Shown here piece after piece: positions 1 through 10,166 of a stretch of 64,000 nucleotides of DNA. The stretch comes from a virus, in IMG/VR virus record IMGVR_UViG_3300023442_000001, positions 7,299-71,298 of that record, one strand, 5' to 3'. A program made the translations under genes and the position numbers. Numbering within the stretch: position 1 is the first letter of the stretch; every line of letters starts with the position of its first letter. The notes below the pieces were generated by a model that searched no databases, was not told where the DNA came from, and saw only the letters and a program-made list of their open reading frames with translations.

Positions 1-464
1 CGGTAATTGGTTGTTTTGATCATAACAAATTATTGGGAACGATTTCTTGGACTTTAGATGGACCAAATAAATTACATACAGATATCGACTTTCCCAAAGA
101 AACAGAAAAAGTTAGACAAGAAGGAAGAATTTTAGCCGCTTCTTGGAGAATCATTACAGATCATAATTATCGTCATAAAATTTCAGTTGTATCGAGTTTA
201 ATATTAGCAACAATTGAAGAAATGATGATCGGTAATGTTCAAACTGCTTTATTTACATTTAATCCAAAACATGAACGGGTATATAGAAGAATTTTAAATA
301 TGAAAACTTTAGCTAGACATGATGGAACAATTCATGGAATGGATAATGCTCCTGCCGTTTTAATGCGACTTGATATAGAAAATCTTCATCCGAAATGGAT
401 ACAGAATATTATTGATAAATATAATCTTTTTATGATTGAACGTGGGATACAAAAACATGATTGA
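1..464 (+). CDS. FeeM-like N-acyl amino acid synthase / GNAT-fold acyltransferase (5'-truncated)
   Basis: Frame is open back to the window edge. GTISWTLDGP..LHTD..FP.E...R.EGR.LA..WR and FNPKHERVYRR...NAPAVLMRLD resemble the FeeM/AHL-synthase-like family. Confidence 0.6.
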   Translation, partial: VIGCFDHNKLLGTISWTLDGPNKLHTDIDFPKETEKVRQEGRILAASWRIITDHNYRHKISVVSSLILATIEEMMIGNVQTALFTFNPKHERVYRRILNMKTLARHDGTIHGMDNAPAVLMRLDIENLHPKWIQNIIDKYNLFMIERGIQKHD

Positions 465-1287
465 AATTCTTACATCAACTCCCAAACAATTAAAGTTTAA
501 TATTAATATCAATACGATTAAATATGATAATATTAAGGCTTTTATTCGTTTTAAAATTAAAGATATTGAATATGGTTTTGAAGGTCAAATAAGAGATAAT
601 ATTATTTATATTCAAATTCCTATATTAAATAATGTAATAAATTTTGAAAAATTAAACAATAATATAATTACTAGAGGAAGATTAGACATCTATGGAAATG
701 GATTTTATATGACACCATGGGAAGATGATTTTAACATTAAACAAGGAAATATTGAGACGGATGAATTTTCGGCTAAAATAAATTCAAATGATTTTGTAAC
801 AGTAGATGAAATAGACCAATTCGATGAAAATGTATCGGCTAATATCGTAGGATTTGAATCTTTACCATCTGGAGGTAAAAAAGAAACACTTGATGGAATT
901 GATTACGACACTAATGAACTTGTTAAAGATAAAGATTTAGAAGAGGCACAGAAAATTAATAATATTGTTTTAATGCGTGTGAAAGAACGATTAAGAAAAA
1001 TGGAATTGGAGAAAAAATCAAAACCAAAAAAGAAAAATAAAAAGAAAAAAAGAAAAAATATTAAGGAGGATAATCAACCGGATATTAAAGATAAAAAACA
1101 TATTAATAAAGCAAACATAATAACAAAAGAAAATATACTTTCCTTTATGGAAAGTAAGGGTATTAAGAATGCCCGATTTCAAAATATGATTCTTGAACGA
1201 GCTGAAATGTTATCAGAAGGGACTGATATTCAAAGTCTCTTCGAAACAGTTAAAAAAATGTTAGACACAACAGTAAAGCTTAATTAG
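457..1287 (+). CDS. hypothetical phage protein (acidic middle, Lys-rich segment)
   Basis: ORF 436..1287. ATG at 457 overlaps the end of the upstream gene and is the likely start. Confidence 0.6.
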   Translation: MIEILTSTPKQLKFNININTIKYDNIKAFIRFKIKDIEYGFEGQIRDNIIYIQIPILNNVINFEKLNNNIITRGRLDIYGNGFYMTPWEDDFNIKQGNIETDEFSAKINSNDFVTVDEIDQFDENVSANIVGFESLPSGGKKETLDGIDYDTNELVKDKDLEEAQKINNIVLMRVKERLRKMELEKKSKPKKKNKKKKRKNIKEDNQPDIKDKKHINKANIITKENILSFMESKGIKNARFQNMILERAEMLSEGTDIQSLFETVKKMLDTTVKLN

Positions 1288-1305
1288 CTTCGGAGGGATT
1301 TTTAA

Positions 1306-1473
1306 ATGGATCTTACTTCATATATGGAAGATATGATCGCCGGTTTCGAAGAAGAGGATAAAGATCTTTCATTAAAAGAAAGAGAAGAAATTGATACATA
1401 TCAAAAGGTAAGGGAGAAACTTCTTAGATTTACAGATCCAAAAGATCCAACGAGATGTAAAACATGTGACTAA
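1306..1473 (+). CDS. small hypothetical protein (55 aa, C-terminal CxxC), absent from the ORF track
   Basis: GGAGGGA RBS at about 1292; reads MDLTSYMEDMIAGFEEED...RCKTCD*. Confidence 0.6.
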   Translation: MDLTSYMEDMIAGFEEEDKDLSLKEREEIDTYQKVREKLLRFTDPKDPTRCKTCD

Positions 1474-1505
1474 ATTATAAAAAATTTTTAATGGGGTAAA
1501 TTACA

Positions 1506-1769
1506 ATGCGGCTAGCAGATATCAACAAAAACTCAGTTAAAGATATTTCTAAACAAGAATTGATGAATCTTCATAAACGAGTTCATCAGTTATGGGGTGG
1601 AGCTAAAGCCGCAGATTTTCCAAGTAAAAAAATGAAAAAATGGTTGAAAGATATTCATCAAATTCTTGTAGATGAAATGTCTAATAGAAACATTAATCAT
1701 AGAAGTCCTTTGTTAGAAACAGTCATTTCTTCTAAAAATAAAATTGAACTGATTAATGTATATTTATGA
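1506..1769 (+). CDS. hypothetical protein
   Basis: 87-aa ORF in the co-oriented gene run. Confidence 0.6.
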   Translation: MRLADINKNSVKDISKQELMNLHKRVHQLWGGAKAADFPSKKMKKWLKDIHQILVDEMSNRNINHRSPLLETVISSKNKIELINVYL

Positions 1770-1803
1770 TAATCCCAACTAGATTTTCAGAGGAAAAATT
1801 ATA

Positions 1804-2283
1804 ATGCCTAAATTATATTTTACTGGTTATAAAGGTAAAAGTTTTATTTCTAAGTTGATTAAATATTGGACACGTTCGGAATATTCACATGTCGAGCAAT
1901 GTTTAAATTTAGAAACTTTAAAAGGATATGGAGCATATCAGGGATATAAAGTTGGGTATTTATATCCATCTTATCATGAGAAAGGGACTCGTTATGATAT
2001 TTTTGAATTAGAGTGTACACAAGAACAATTAGAAAAATTTAATTATTTCAAAAGACAGCAAGAAGGTAAAAAATACGATTATAAAGGGATTATGGGTTTC
2101 GTCACAAATAAAGAAGAAATGAATAATAGAAATAAATGGTATTGTTCAGAAATTGAAATATATGCCTGTAACTATGCTGGTATTAGGCTATTAAATTGGG
2201 ATGTAATTAAGATGAAACTTGTCAGTCCAGGAATGTTTCTTTCAAGTCCACTACTCAAGAAAATTAAGAGTGGGAAAACATAA
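1804..2283 (+). CDS. permuted papain-like NlpC/P60 (YiiX/YebB-like) amidase/peptidase
   Basis: His motif YSHVE precedes the Cys motif KWYCSE, with GKKYD between; this is the circularly permuted order. Confidence 0.8.
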   Translation: MPKLYFTGYKGKSFISKLIKYWTRSEYSHVEQCLNLETLKGYGAYQGYKVGYLYPSYHEKGTRYDIFELECTQEQLEKFNYFKRQQEGKKYDYKGIMGFVTNKEEMNNRNKWYCSEIEIYACNYAGIRLLNWDVIKMKLVSPGMFLSSPLLKKIKSGKT

Positions 2284-2335
2284 AACAAAATTAGTTTCAT
2301 TTTATTAATATCTAATAAAGGAGAAGTTAAAAGAA

Positions 2336-3010
2336 ATGAACACTGCATTAATTGAATTTTATTACAATCTTGGAAAGGCTGAACTTTTTCTGGAGAAAGC
2401 TCCTCCCAATATGAAAGCTTCTGAGGGAATGTCTGTTTTTAGAAAATTATTATCTTTATTTAGCAAAGTAAAGGCAGACGCAACAAAGGCTGGTGTTCCA
2501 AAAGAAACCCTTAAGAGAGCTGAAGATCTTGCTAATAAAGCCAGATCGAAAAAGCTTCTGGTTAAAGAAGATGTCGAAATGCTCAATGAGGGAATCCTTG
2601 GTACAGTTATCTGGGAAGTAATTAAATACATAGTACGAGCAATTCTTATTATTTTGGCTGGATGGGCGATTTTAATTTTTGGTACAGCTTTATTTCCCCC
2701 GGGCGTTATTCTTTTTTCTATCATCGCATATGGTATTTGGGCTGTTGGGGGACTGGCGAGTTTTATCTATATGATCTACAGTATTATGAAAAAGATATCT
2801 TCTGGTTCTGCGGAAGGACAGGCAAAGAAAATAGATGCTCTTAAAAAATCAGTAGAAGCGTTAGACAAAACAATAAAAGATTATAAAAAAGCGATATCCG
2901 TAGCTCAAAAAGAAGGAGCATCACCAAAAGAGATTGCAAAAATGCAAAAGAACTTGAAGAATTTAGAGAAGAAGAAACAAGAATTAATAAAGAAGATGGC
3001 TGATAAATAA
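2336..3010 (+). CDS. membrane-hairpin / coiled-coil protein, putative internal head (ejection) protein
   Basis: Central hydrophobic segment at about aa 87-150, Lys-rich coiled-coil C-terminus, LxE motifs in the N-terminus. Confidence 0.5.
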   Translation: MNTALIEFYYNLGKAELFLEKAPPNMKASEGMSVFRKLLSLFSKVKADATKAGVPKETLKRAEDLANKARSKKLLVKEDVEMLNEGILGTVIWEVIKYIVRAILIILAGWAILIFGTALFPPGVILFSIIAYGIWAVGGLASFIYMIYSIMKKISSGSAEGQAKKIDALKKSVEALDKTIKDYKKAISVAQKEGASPKEIAKMQKNLKNLEKKKQELIKKMADK

Positions 3011-3028
3011 AAAGTGAGAAATTTATTT

Positions 3029-3829
3029 ATGGAAAATAAACTATCATTAATAGAATTTTATTTTCAAGAATCAAAAAATATAGATTTTGAGAAAGTAAAC
3101 AAGGCAGTAGAAAATAATATTAAACGAATAAAACGATATTTAAAGAAACAAAATTTAGATCCCAAGATCATAGAAAAATATGCTAAATCGGCATCTGAGA
3201 ATGTTTATAAAAGAATGCAAGCGTTATTGAAAACAGATCAAAATCTAGATTTGAATAATAAAATTTTAATTAAAAATATTGGTTCTATTATAACAGAAGA
3301 GGGTTTAAAATCTTATAAACGGTTAAATGCAAACTTAAAAGCTAAAGTTGATAATTTTAAAAATATTAAAGTAAGTTTTACAATATTATATATTCTATTA
3401 TTCAGCCAGTTTATCCTCATGATTTTAACAAGAGCTTTGACGTTAGCATTTGGCCCAATTGGTGATACGCTTTATAGTTATATTTATTCTGTAATTGTTG
3501 CCCCTTTAACGGAAGAATATGCTAAACGAGTTAGCATTGAAAAAAATATTCCTTGGTTATATACTGGGATTTTTGCTGGTTTTGAATTTTTATCATCTAT
3601 TATGATTAGTGTAAATCCAATATATGTAGCTTTGAGGGCGGCGGTTGTTTTAATGCATTTAACCACAACTTTTATTCAGAAAAAATTCATGAATATTAGT
3701 GATAAATCTATTGATCCAAAGAAAATGAAAACATTAGGGTTTGTTTTTGCAGTTTTGATTCATGGTCTTTGGAATCTTTTAGCGACCATTTATCAATCAG
3801 ACATAAAAAATTTTATAATGGGTGGATAA
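3029..3829 (+). CDS. PrsW-family glutamic intramembrane protease with soluble N-terminal extension
   Basis: APLTEEYAK, GFEF, MH and IHGLWN motifs in a multi-TM C-terminal half. Start is ATG 3029 or GTG 3014. Confidence 0.75.
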   Translation: MENKLSLIEFYFQESKNIDFEKVNKAVENNIKRIKRYLKKQNLDPKIIEKYAKSASENVYKRMQALLKTDQNLDLNNKILIKNIGSIITEEGLKSYKRLNANLKAKVDNFKNIKVSFTILYILLFSQFILMILTRALTLAFGPIGDTLYSYIYSVIVAPLTEEYAKRVSIEKNIPWLYTGIFAGFEFLSSIMISVNPIYVALRAAVVLMHLTTTFIQKKFMNISDKSIDPKKMKTLGFVFAVLIHGLWNLLATIYQSDIKNFIMGG

Positions 3830-3832
3830 TTA

Positions 3833-4210
3833 ATGAATAGTTTATTAGAAACATATTTAGAAAAATTATTTTTCGAAGATGATTATATTAGACATATTAC
3901 GGATATTACATCTCAATATTTTGAAAAAGATATTATAATTTTCGAAACTCATAAAGACATTCAATTGGGTTTATTGCGTTATACAGATCCCCCAATTGGG
4001 AAAATTTTTATTTTTAAATTACCAGAAGAAAAGGAAATCGCATTCCACACAAATGGAATGCGATTTCCTATTGACATATATTTTTTTGATAGAAACGGTT
4101 ATCTTGTTAAACGTTATAAAAATGCCTTTCCTGGTATATCTTATATTCCTTCCGATAAACCTGCCAAATATGTTATCGAAATTCCTGTCGCATATCCCCA
4201 AATTGCTTAA
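3833..4210 (+). CDS. DUF192-family protein
   Basis: GLL...FIF...FHTNGMRFPIDIYFFD...PAKYVIEIP signature. Confidence 0.75.
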   Translation: MNSLLETYLEKLFFEDDYIRHITDITSQYFEKDIIIFETHKDIQLGLLRYTDPPIGKIFIFKLPEEKEIAFHTNGMRFPIDIYFFDRNGYLVKRYKNAFPGISYIPSDKPAKYVIEIPVAYPQIA

Positions 4211-4268
4211 ATAAGATATTATTTATTATGAAAGGTTGTGTTTTTAAAAAATGTAATAGAAAAGGGGG

Positions 4269-4279
4269 GTGAGAACAAA
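4269..4279 (+). promoter_or_regulatory. candidate late promoter motif GTGAGAACAAA (copy 1)
   Basis: Intergenic, preceded by a G-run, about 65 nt upstream of the first fibre gene; one of 8 copies. Confidence 0.7.
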
Positions 4280-4343
4280 GCATTGATGGGTGATATTGAC
4301 CAAAAAACACACTAACTCCATAGTTTAAAAGAGGAATTTTATA

Positions 4344-6080
4344 ATGGGTATCCGGACTATTGTAACCAGAACCGGGAAAGGTTCTGCCCTTACTTGGGAT
4401 GAAATGGATGGGAATTTGACGGGCTTGGATACTGATTTATCTACTGTAGAGAATGAACTTCAATCGAAGGCCCCTTTAAATTCTCCCACGTTTACGGGAA
4501 TTCCCAGTGCACCAACAGCGAATCCTGGAACAAATACGACACAAATTGCTACGACAGCATTCGTTCAAAATGCAATTAGCTCTGTTTCTGGTATTACAGA
4601 TCATTCTGCGTTAGATAATTTAGATTATGCGAGTTCTGGGCATACCGGATTTGCAGCATCGACAGATTCTCGTTTTCCTAGCGCAGACGAGAAAGATGCT
4701 TTACAGGGAACGTATGCAACTCCAAGTAATTCAAATAGATATGTAACAGATGCCGATCCGAGAATGACGGATTCTCGTGATCCAAATCCACATGCATCAA
4801 CTCATGCGTCTGGTTCGAGTGATCCGATTTCTCCAGAAGATATTGGGGCAGCTCCAATTAATTCTCCATCATTTACGGGGACACCGACCGCCCCAACACC
4901 AGCCTCTGGAACCAATTCAACGATAATTGCTACGACAGCATTCGTTCAAACTGAAATTTCAAATATTAATTTTCCTGTATCGTTTGGAACGATTTCAGCT
5001 AGAAATAGTCTCGGAGGATTGATTGGGTCAATTATAGCTGGAGCGTCTTCAGATACATTTACGTTCAAAGAAGGTTCAAATATTACGTTGTCTTTTAGCG
5101 GTTCTGAATTGGTTATTTCATCCACAGCGTCTGGTGGAACAACGGATCACGCTTCTTTATCAAATTTAGATTATTCAAATTCTGGTCATACTGGTTTCGC
5201 ATCTTCGACAGATTTAACGAATCATACATCAAATACATCGATTCATTTTACAGAATCTTCAATAAATCATAATAATATTCAAAATATTGGAACGTATAGT
5301 CATACTCAATTAGATAATCACGTCGATACGACATCGATTCATTTTGCTGAAACAGATATAGATCATAATAATATTCAAAATATTGGAACAAATACGCATG
5401 CTCAAATTGATAGTCATATTTCTGATAGTTCTATTCATTATGTCGAGTCTTCAATAGACCATAATAATATTCAAAATATTGGAACGTATAGTCACGCAAC
5501 AATAGATTTACATATCGATAATCAAAATAACCCCCACTCCGTAACAGCGACTCAAGTCGGAAAAGACACAGCTCAATGGAACGCAGATCGTATTTTAGGC
5601 GTTCCCGTTGATGATACTAACAAAGCTGACGGAAATGTTTTAGCATATGATTCAGCTTCGGGATCAATTGTTTATGCCACACCTTCTGGGGGTAGCGGGG
5701 GTGGATTGTATGAATATACCGCTGCTAGTTATTCAAATTGTTTTATCGTTGCTTCCGGTCCTGGAGTTGATTTTACGTGGACAGACGGAACACCTCAAGT
5801 TGGGGCGTTTACAATCCCAGCCGGAGTAACTTTATATCAAGCAACATTTCGATTTACGTCGAATGGTCAGAGAGTTGAAGTTGTTTGTCATCCAGGAAAT
5901 TCATCTGATCTGACATTCAGATATCCAAGCGTAACTATTTGGAATGCTTCAGCGGATCCAAGAGTTATAGAAAGTTTTGCCGTTCGAAAAGATTCGACTG
6001 TTCATGACCGAATTTGGTGGGTTGGTTCATCCAACGGCGCTGAATATGTGGTGAATCTTATTACATCAGTTTCAGGATAA
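4344..6080 (+). CDS. tail fibre protein 1
   Basis: N-terminal TRxGKGSALTxxEMDxN anchor-type motif, SPxFTGxPxAPT fibre repeats and His-rich repeats; C-terminal domain shared with the next gene. Confidence 0.75.
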   Translation: MGIRTIVTRTGKGSALTWDEMDGNLTGLDTDLSTVENELQSKAPLNSPTFTGIPSAPTANPGTNTTQIATTAFVQNAISSVSGITDHSALDNLDYASSGHTGFAASTDSRFPSADEKDALQGTYATPSNSNRYVTDADPRMTDSRDPNPHASTHASGSSDPISPEDIGAAPINSPSFTGTPTAPTPASGTNSTIIATTAFVQTEISNINFPVSFGTISARNSLGGLIGSIIAGASSDTFTFKEGSNITLSFSGSELVISSTASGGTTDHASLSNLDYSNSGHTGFASSTDLTNHTSNTSIHFTESSINHNNIQNIGTYSHTQLDNHVDTTSIHFAETDIDHNNIQNIGTNTHAQIDSHISDSSIHYVESSIDHNNIQNIGTYSHATIDLHIDNQNNPHSVTATQVGKDTAQWNADRILGVPVDDTNKADGNVLAYDSASGSIVYATPSGGSGGGLYEYTAASYSNCFIVASGPGVDFTWTDGTPQVGAFTIPAGVTLYQATFRFTSNGQRVEVVCHPGNSSDLTFRYPSVTIWNASADPRVIESFAVRKDSTVHDRIWWVGSSNGAEYVVNLITSVSG

Positions 6081-6108
6081 AAATTTTTAAATAACGAGGA
6101 TTTCATCA

Positions 6109-9100
6109 ATGGCTAGAAAATTAAGCGCCCGTTTTAACGTATATAATAAAATCGACAATGGAGATGGAACTTGGGACCTACAAATAAATATTCCTCCAGC
6201 TAATGGAGATGTTAATGATATTGAGATAGGTGCGGCAGTAATTACGGATCAAGGATCTCAAACATATTTTCGTTGGAAGGTTATCGCTTTAGATTCTCAA
6301 GGCCCTATTTCTGGAACCCAACGTTGGATTACAATTGAGCCCGATGATGAAGGAACCCCTCCGACTCCTTCATGGGCTGATGGATTAATTGCTAATCCTG
6401 TTAAACCCAATTCAAAAATCGTTTGGATTACTTATCCAGAAGAATTTGCGTTAAGTCCCGCTTTAACATCTTATGCTTCAAATGTTGATAAAGGGGTAAT
6501 TGATGAAAATTTTGTAGAAAAAACAGATCCAGAAATTGTTGATCCGAAGATCCCCGCCGCACATGCTGCATCCCATGCTCTAGATGGGACCGATGCTATT
6601 ACTCCAGCGGATATCGGAGCGGTTTCTGATTCCGATCCTCGATTGACTGATGCAAGAACTCCGTTAGCTCATGCTTCATCCCATGCTATTGGGGGTTCGG
6701 ATGAAATTACTCCAGCGGATATTGGGGCTGCCGATAAAATTCACTTACACACAGAATATTATGATCAAACAGCTTTTATAACAGTATCGTCCGGAACATC
6801 CGATGCAGGTAAACCTGTTAAAACAACAAATACTGGAAAATTAGATCCGAGTTTAATTCCAACGACAGCGACAGATGCGATAAATGTTAATACAGACACA
6901 ACATTATTTAACAATATATTATCTTCGACTGAAACAAACGTTCAAGCTGCGTTGGAAAAATTAGATGACCACGGACACGCAACGTATGCGAACCATATTG
7001 CGGATTCTTCTATCCATTTTACAGAAACATCGATCAATCATAATAATATTTTAAATAGTGGAACAAATACACATAGTCAAATTGACACACATATTGGGGA
7101 TTCATCTATCCATTTTACGGAATCTTCAATTTCACACCAGAATATTTCTGGGGCTGGAATTCGAACTCATGCAGAAATTGATTCACATTTAGGAAATTCA
7201 ACTTTACATTTTGCTGAAACATCTATCGACCATTCAAATATTTCTAATTTAGATTATGCGAGTTCCGGTCATACTGGGTTTGCTTCTGATTCAGATTCAA
7301 GATTCCCAACGACAGATGAAAAGGCTGCGTTGGCTGGAACATCTGGTGCTCCCAGCGCGGCTAATAAATATGTAACAGATGTTGATCCTCGTATGTCAAA
7401 TGCGAGAACTCCTTTAGCCCACGCAGCAAGTCATAAAACCGGTGGGTCTGATGAGTTAACTCCAGCCGATATTGGGGCAGAACCAGCCGATCCAAATATT
7501 CAAGCGCACTTATCTGATACGAATAACCCACATTCAGTTACCGCAGCTCAAACTGGGGCTATTCCCACATCTGAAAAAGGAAGTCCAAGTGGGGTTGCGA
7601 CTTTAGATTCGGGCGGAAAAATTCCTTCTTCACAACTTCCAGATAGTATTATCGGAGCCGTTGTCTATAAAGGAACGTGGGATGCTGATACAAATACCCC
7701 AGCTATTCCGCTAGCTGATTCTTCAAATAAGGGTTGGTATTATAAAGTTTCTGTAGCTGGTAATACGAACATTAACGGAATTACAGATTGGGGAGTTGGA
7801 GACTGGATTATTTCAAACGGAACATCTTGGGATCAGGTTAAAAATACAGAATCTGTGACTTCTGTAAATGGACAGACAGGAGCTATTTCTGGTCTTGAGA
7901 TCGAAGCAAATAAAAAAACATCAATTTTAGGAAATGAAAGTGATATATTTTATCCGACTACAAATGCTGTAAAAACATACGTAGATAATCAAATCACATC
8001 ACACAATCATGATTCATCTTATTATCTTAAATCTGAATTTATTTCCACTTCTTCTGGGGTTTCAGATGCAGGGAAGCCAATTGTCTTAGGATCAGATGGA
8101 AAAATTGATCCGACTATGTATGATACGACTTCAGTATCTACGGCCGATTCTGTGACAGTAAATACGAATACATTTAATAATATTTTAACTTCAGCCGATA
8201 CTAATGTTCAATTGGCTTTAGAAACATTAGACGATCATGGACATAGTGAATACGCATTAGCTTCTGATTCTCGTTTTCCGACAACCGACGAAAAGAATGC
8301 TTTATTGGGCACTAATGGATCGCCTAGTGCCTCCAACCGATATGTTACCGATTCTGATCCTAGATTGACTGATGCTAGATCTCCTTTATCACACGCGTCA
8401 ACACATTTTTCAAACGGTTCTGATCCTATTACTCCGGCCGATATCGGCGCAATCGATTCAACAGAAAAAGGAATTGCGAACGGAATTGCTACACTAGATT
8501 CGAACGGAAAAGTCCCAACATCCCAACTTCCAGATAGTGTGGTTTCTGGATTAGAATTTCAGGGAACGTGGAATGCGTCAACCAATACTCCTAATATTCC
8601 CGTAGCTGACCCGTCAAACAAGGGTTGGTATTATCGTGTCAACGTAGCTGGTAATACGAACATTAACGGAATTTCAGATTGGCAAGTTGGTGACTGGATT
8701 GTTTCTGAGGGAGATCAATGGGTTAAAATTGATAATACAGAATCCGTAACTTCGGTCAATGGACGGACTGGAGCTGTTACTGGACTTGAAGAAACAACGA
8801 ATAAGACAGGAGATATGAGTTCTCCAAGCGATACGTTATATCCGACAGTCAATGCGGTTCGTTCGTATGTTTATGCGAAGTCTGATTTTATCGATGTGTC
8901 ATCTGGAACATCAGATGCAAATAAACCAATTAAAACAAATGTTAATGGATTATTAGACGCTTCATTTATTGATTCGTCAAGTCTTACGGTTCTTTCTGGA
9001 AACGTATCTGTTGATACATCCACGTTTAATGGAATCCTTTCAGGAACCGATACAGATGTTCAGAAAGCTTTAGAAACTCTAGATTCACATACTCATACGG

Positions 9101-10140
9101 TTTCAAATGATGCTACAGCTATAGCGACAATCACGACTAATTTTAACGGAATTCTTTCAACATCTGACACAGATGTTCAGAAAGCCTTAGAAACATTAGA
9201 TGATCATAGTCACTCAGGTTCTGAAATTACATTAACAACAACGAATTTTAATAATATCCTTTCAGGAACCGATACAGATGTTCAAAAGGCTTTAGAGACG
9301 TTAGATGATCATACTCACGCATTTTCAACCGATGCGACAGGAATCGCAACAATTACAACGAATTTTAATAATATTTTGTCGGCCTCGGATACGGATGTTC
9401 AGAAAGCCTTAGAAACATTAGATGATCATACACATCCGTTTACGGGAGCCGATGCGACTTCTATAAATACAATTACTACGAATTTTAACGGAATTCTTTC
9501 AACATCTGACACAGATGTTCAGAAAGCCTTAGAAACATTAGATGATCATACTCACACTACTTACGATTCTCATATTTCTGATACGAACAATCCACACTCA
9601 GTGACAGCAACTCAAGTTGGAAAAGACACGGCTCAATGGAATGCTGATAGAATTCAAGGGGTCACAGTTGATAACACGAATATAGCCGATGGACGTGTTT
9701 TAGCTTATGACTCTACTTCTGGGAATATTGTTTATGTTGATCAGAGTGGAGGCGGTGGGTCTGGAATTCAAGTATATAATGCTTCAAGTTATGCGGATTG
9801 TGAAATTAAAGCGACCGGCCCCGGAGTTGATTTTACCTGGACGGATGGAACTCCTCAAGTTGGGGCCTTTACGATTCCTGCTGGAGTTACATTATTAGGA
9901 GCGAAAATTAAATTTGTTTCTAATGGTCAAAGAGTTGAAATTGTATGTGACCCAGGAAATACAAGCGATGTTAATTTTGAATATCCAGATATTACGATTT
10001 GGAATATTTCAGCCGCTCCTAGGGTTATTGAAAGTTTTGCTGTCAGAAAAGATTCTACAGTTCATGACCGAGTTTGGTGGGTCGGTTCAACAAATGGTGT
10101 AACTTATGTTGTACGATTAAATACAACCGTTGTCAGATAA
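6109..10140 (+). CDS. long tail fibre protein 2
   Basis: GVATLDSxGKxPxSQLP and YKGTWDA modules (twice), VTSVNG motifs, and LETLDDHTH repeats. Confidence 0.8.
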   Translation: MARKLSARFNVYNKIDNGDGTWDLQINIPPANGDVNDIEIGAAVITDQGSQTYFRWKVIALDSQGPISGTQRWITIEPDDEGTPPTPSWADGLIANPVKPNSKIVWITYPEEFALSPALTSYASNVDKGVIDENFVEKTDPEIVDPKIPAAHAASHALDGTDAITPADIGAVSDSDPRLTDARTPLAHASSHAIGGSDEITPADIGAADKIHLHTEYYDQTAFITVSSGTSDAGKPVKTTNTGKLDPSLIPTTATDAINVNTDTTLFNNILSSTETNVQAALEKLDDHGHATYANHIADSSIHFTETSINHNNILNSGTNTHSQIDTHIGDSSIHFTESSISHQNISGAGIRTHAEIDSHLGNSTLHFAETSIDHSNISNLDYASSGHTGFASDSDSRFPTTDEKAALAGTSGAPSAANKYVTDVDPRMSNARTPLAHAASHKTGGSDELTPADIGAEPADPNIQAHLSDTNNPHSVTAAQTGAIPTSEKGSPSGVATLDSGGKIPSSQLPDSIIGAVVYKGTWDADTNTPAIPLADSSNKGWYYKVSVAGNTNINGITDWGVGDWIISNGTSWDQVKNTESVTSVNGQTGAISGLEIEANKKTSILGNESDIFYPTTNAVKTYVDNQITSHNHDSSYYLKSEFISTSSGVSDAGKPIVLGSDGKIDPTMYDTTSVSTADSVTVNTNTFNNILTSADTNVQLALETLDDHGHSEYALASDSRFPTTDEKNALLGTNGSPSASNRYVTDSDPRLTDARSPLSHASTHFSNGSDPITPADIGAIDSTEKGIANGIATLDSNGKVPTSQLPDSVVSGLEFQGTWNASTNTPNIPVADPSNKGWYYRVNVAGNTNINGISDWQVGDWIVSEGDQWVKIDNTESVTSVNGRTGAVTGLEETTNKTGDMSSPSDTLYPTVNAVRSYVYAKSDFIDVSSGTSDANKPIKTNVNGLLDASFIDSSSLTVLSGNVSVDTSTFNGILSGTDTDVQKALETLDSHTHTVSNDATAIATITTNFNGILSTSDTDVQKALETLDDHSHSGSEITLTTTNFNNILSGTDTDVQKALETLDDHTHAFSTDATGIATITTNFNNILSASDTDVQKALETLDDHTHPFTGADATSINTITTNFNGILSTSDTDVQKALETLDDHTHTTYDSHISDTNNPHSVTATQVGKDTAQWNADRIQGVTVDNTNIADGRVLAYDSTSGNIVYVDQSGGGGSGIQVYNASSYADCEIKATGPGVDFTWTDGTPQVGAFTIPAGVTLLGAKIKFVSNGQRVEIVCDPGNTSDVNFEYPDITIWNISAAPRVIESFAVRKDSTVHDRVWWVGSTNGVTYVVRLNTTVVR
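9139..9550 (+). repeat. exact 70-nt direct repeat (9139-9208 and 9481-9550) within the fibre repeat array
   Basis: aattttaacggaattctttcaacatctgacacagatgttcagaaagccttagaaacattagatgatcata occurs twice, with degenerate copies across about 9.0-9.55 kb and 10.6-12.6 kb. Confidence 0.9.
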
Positions 10141-10166
10141 TTAAAAAATAGAGAGGTCTGATTAAT

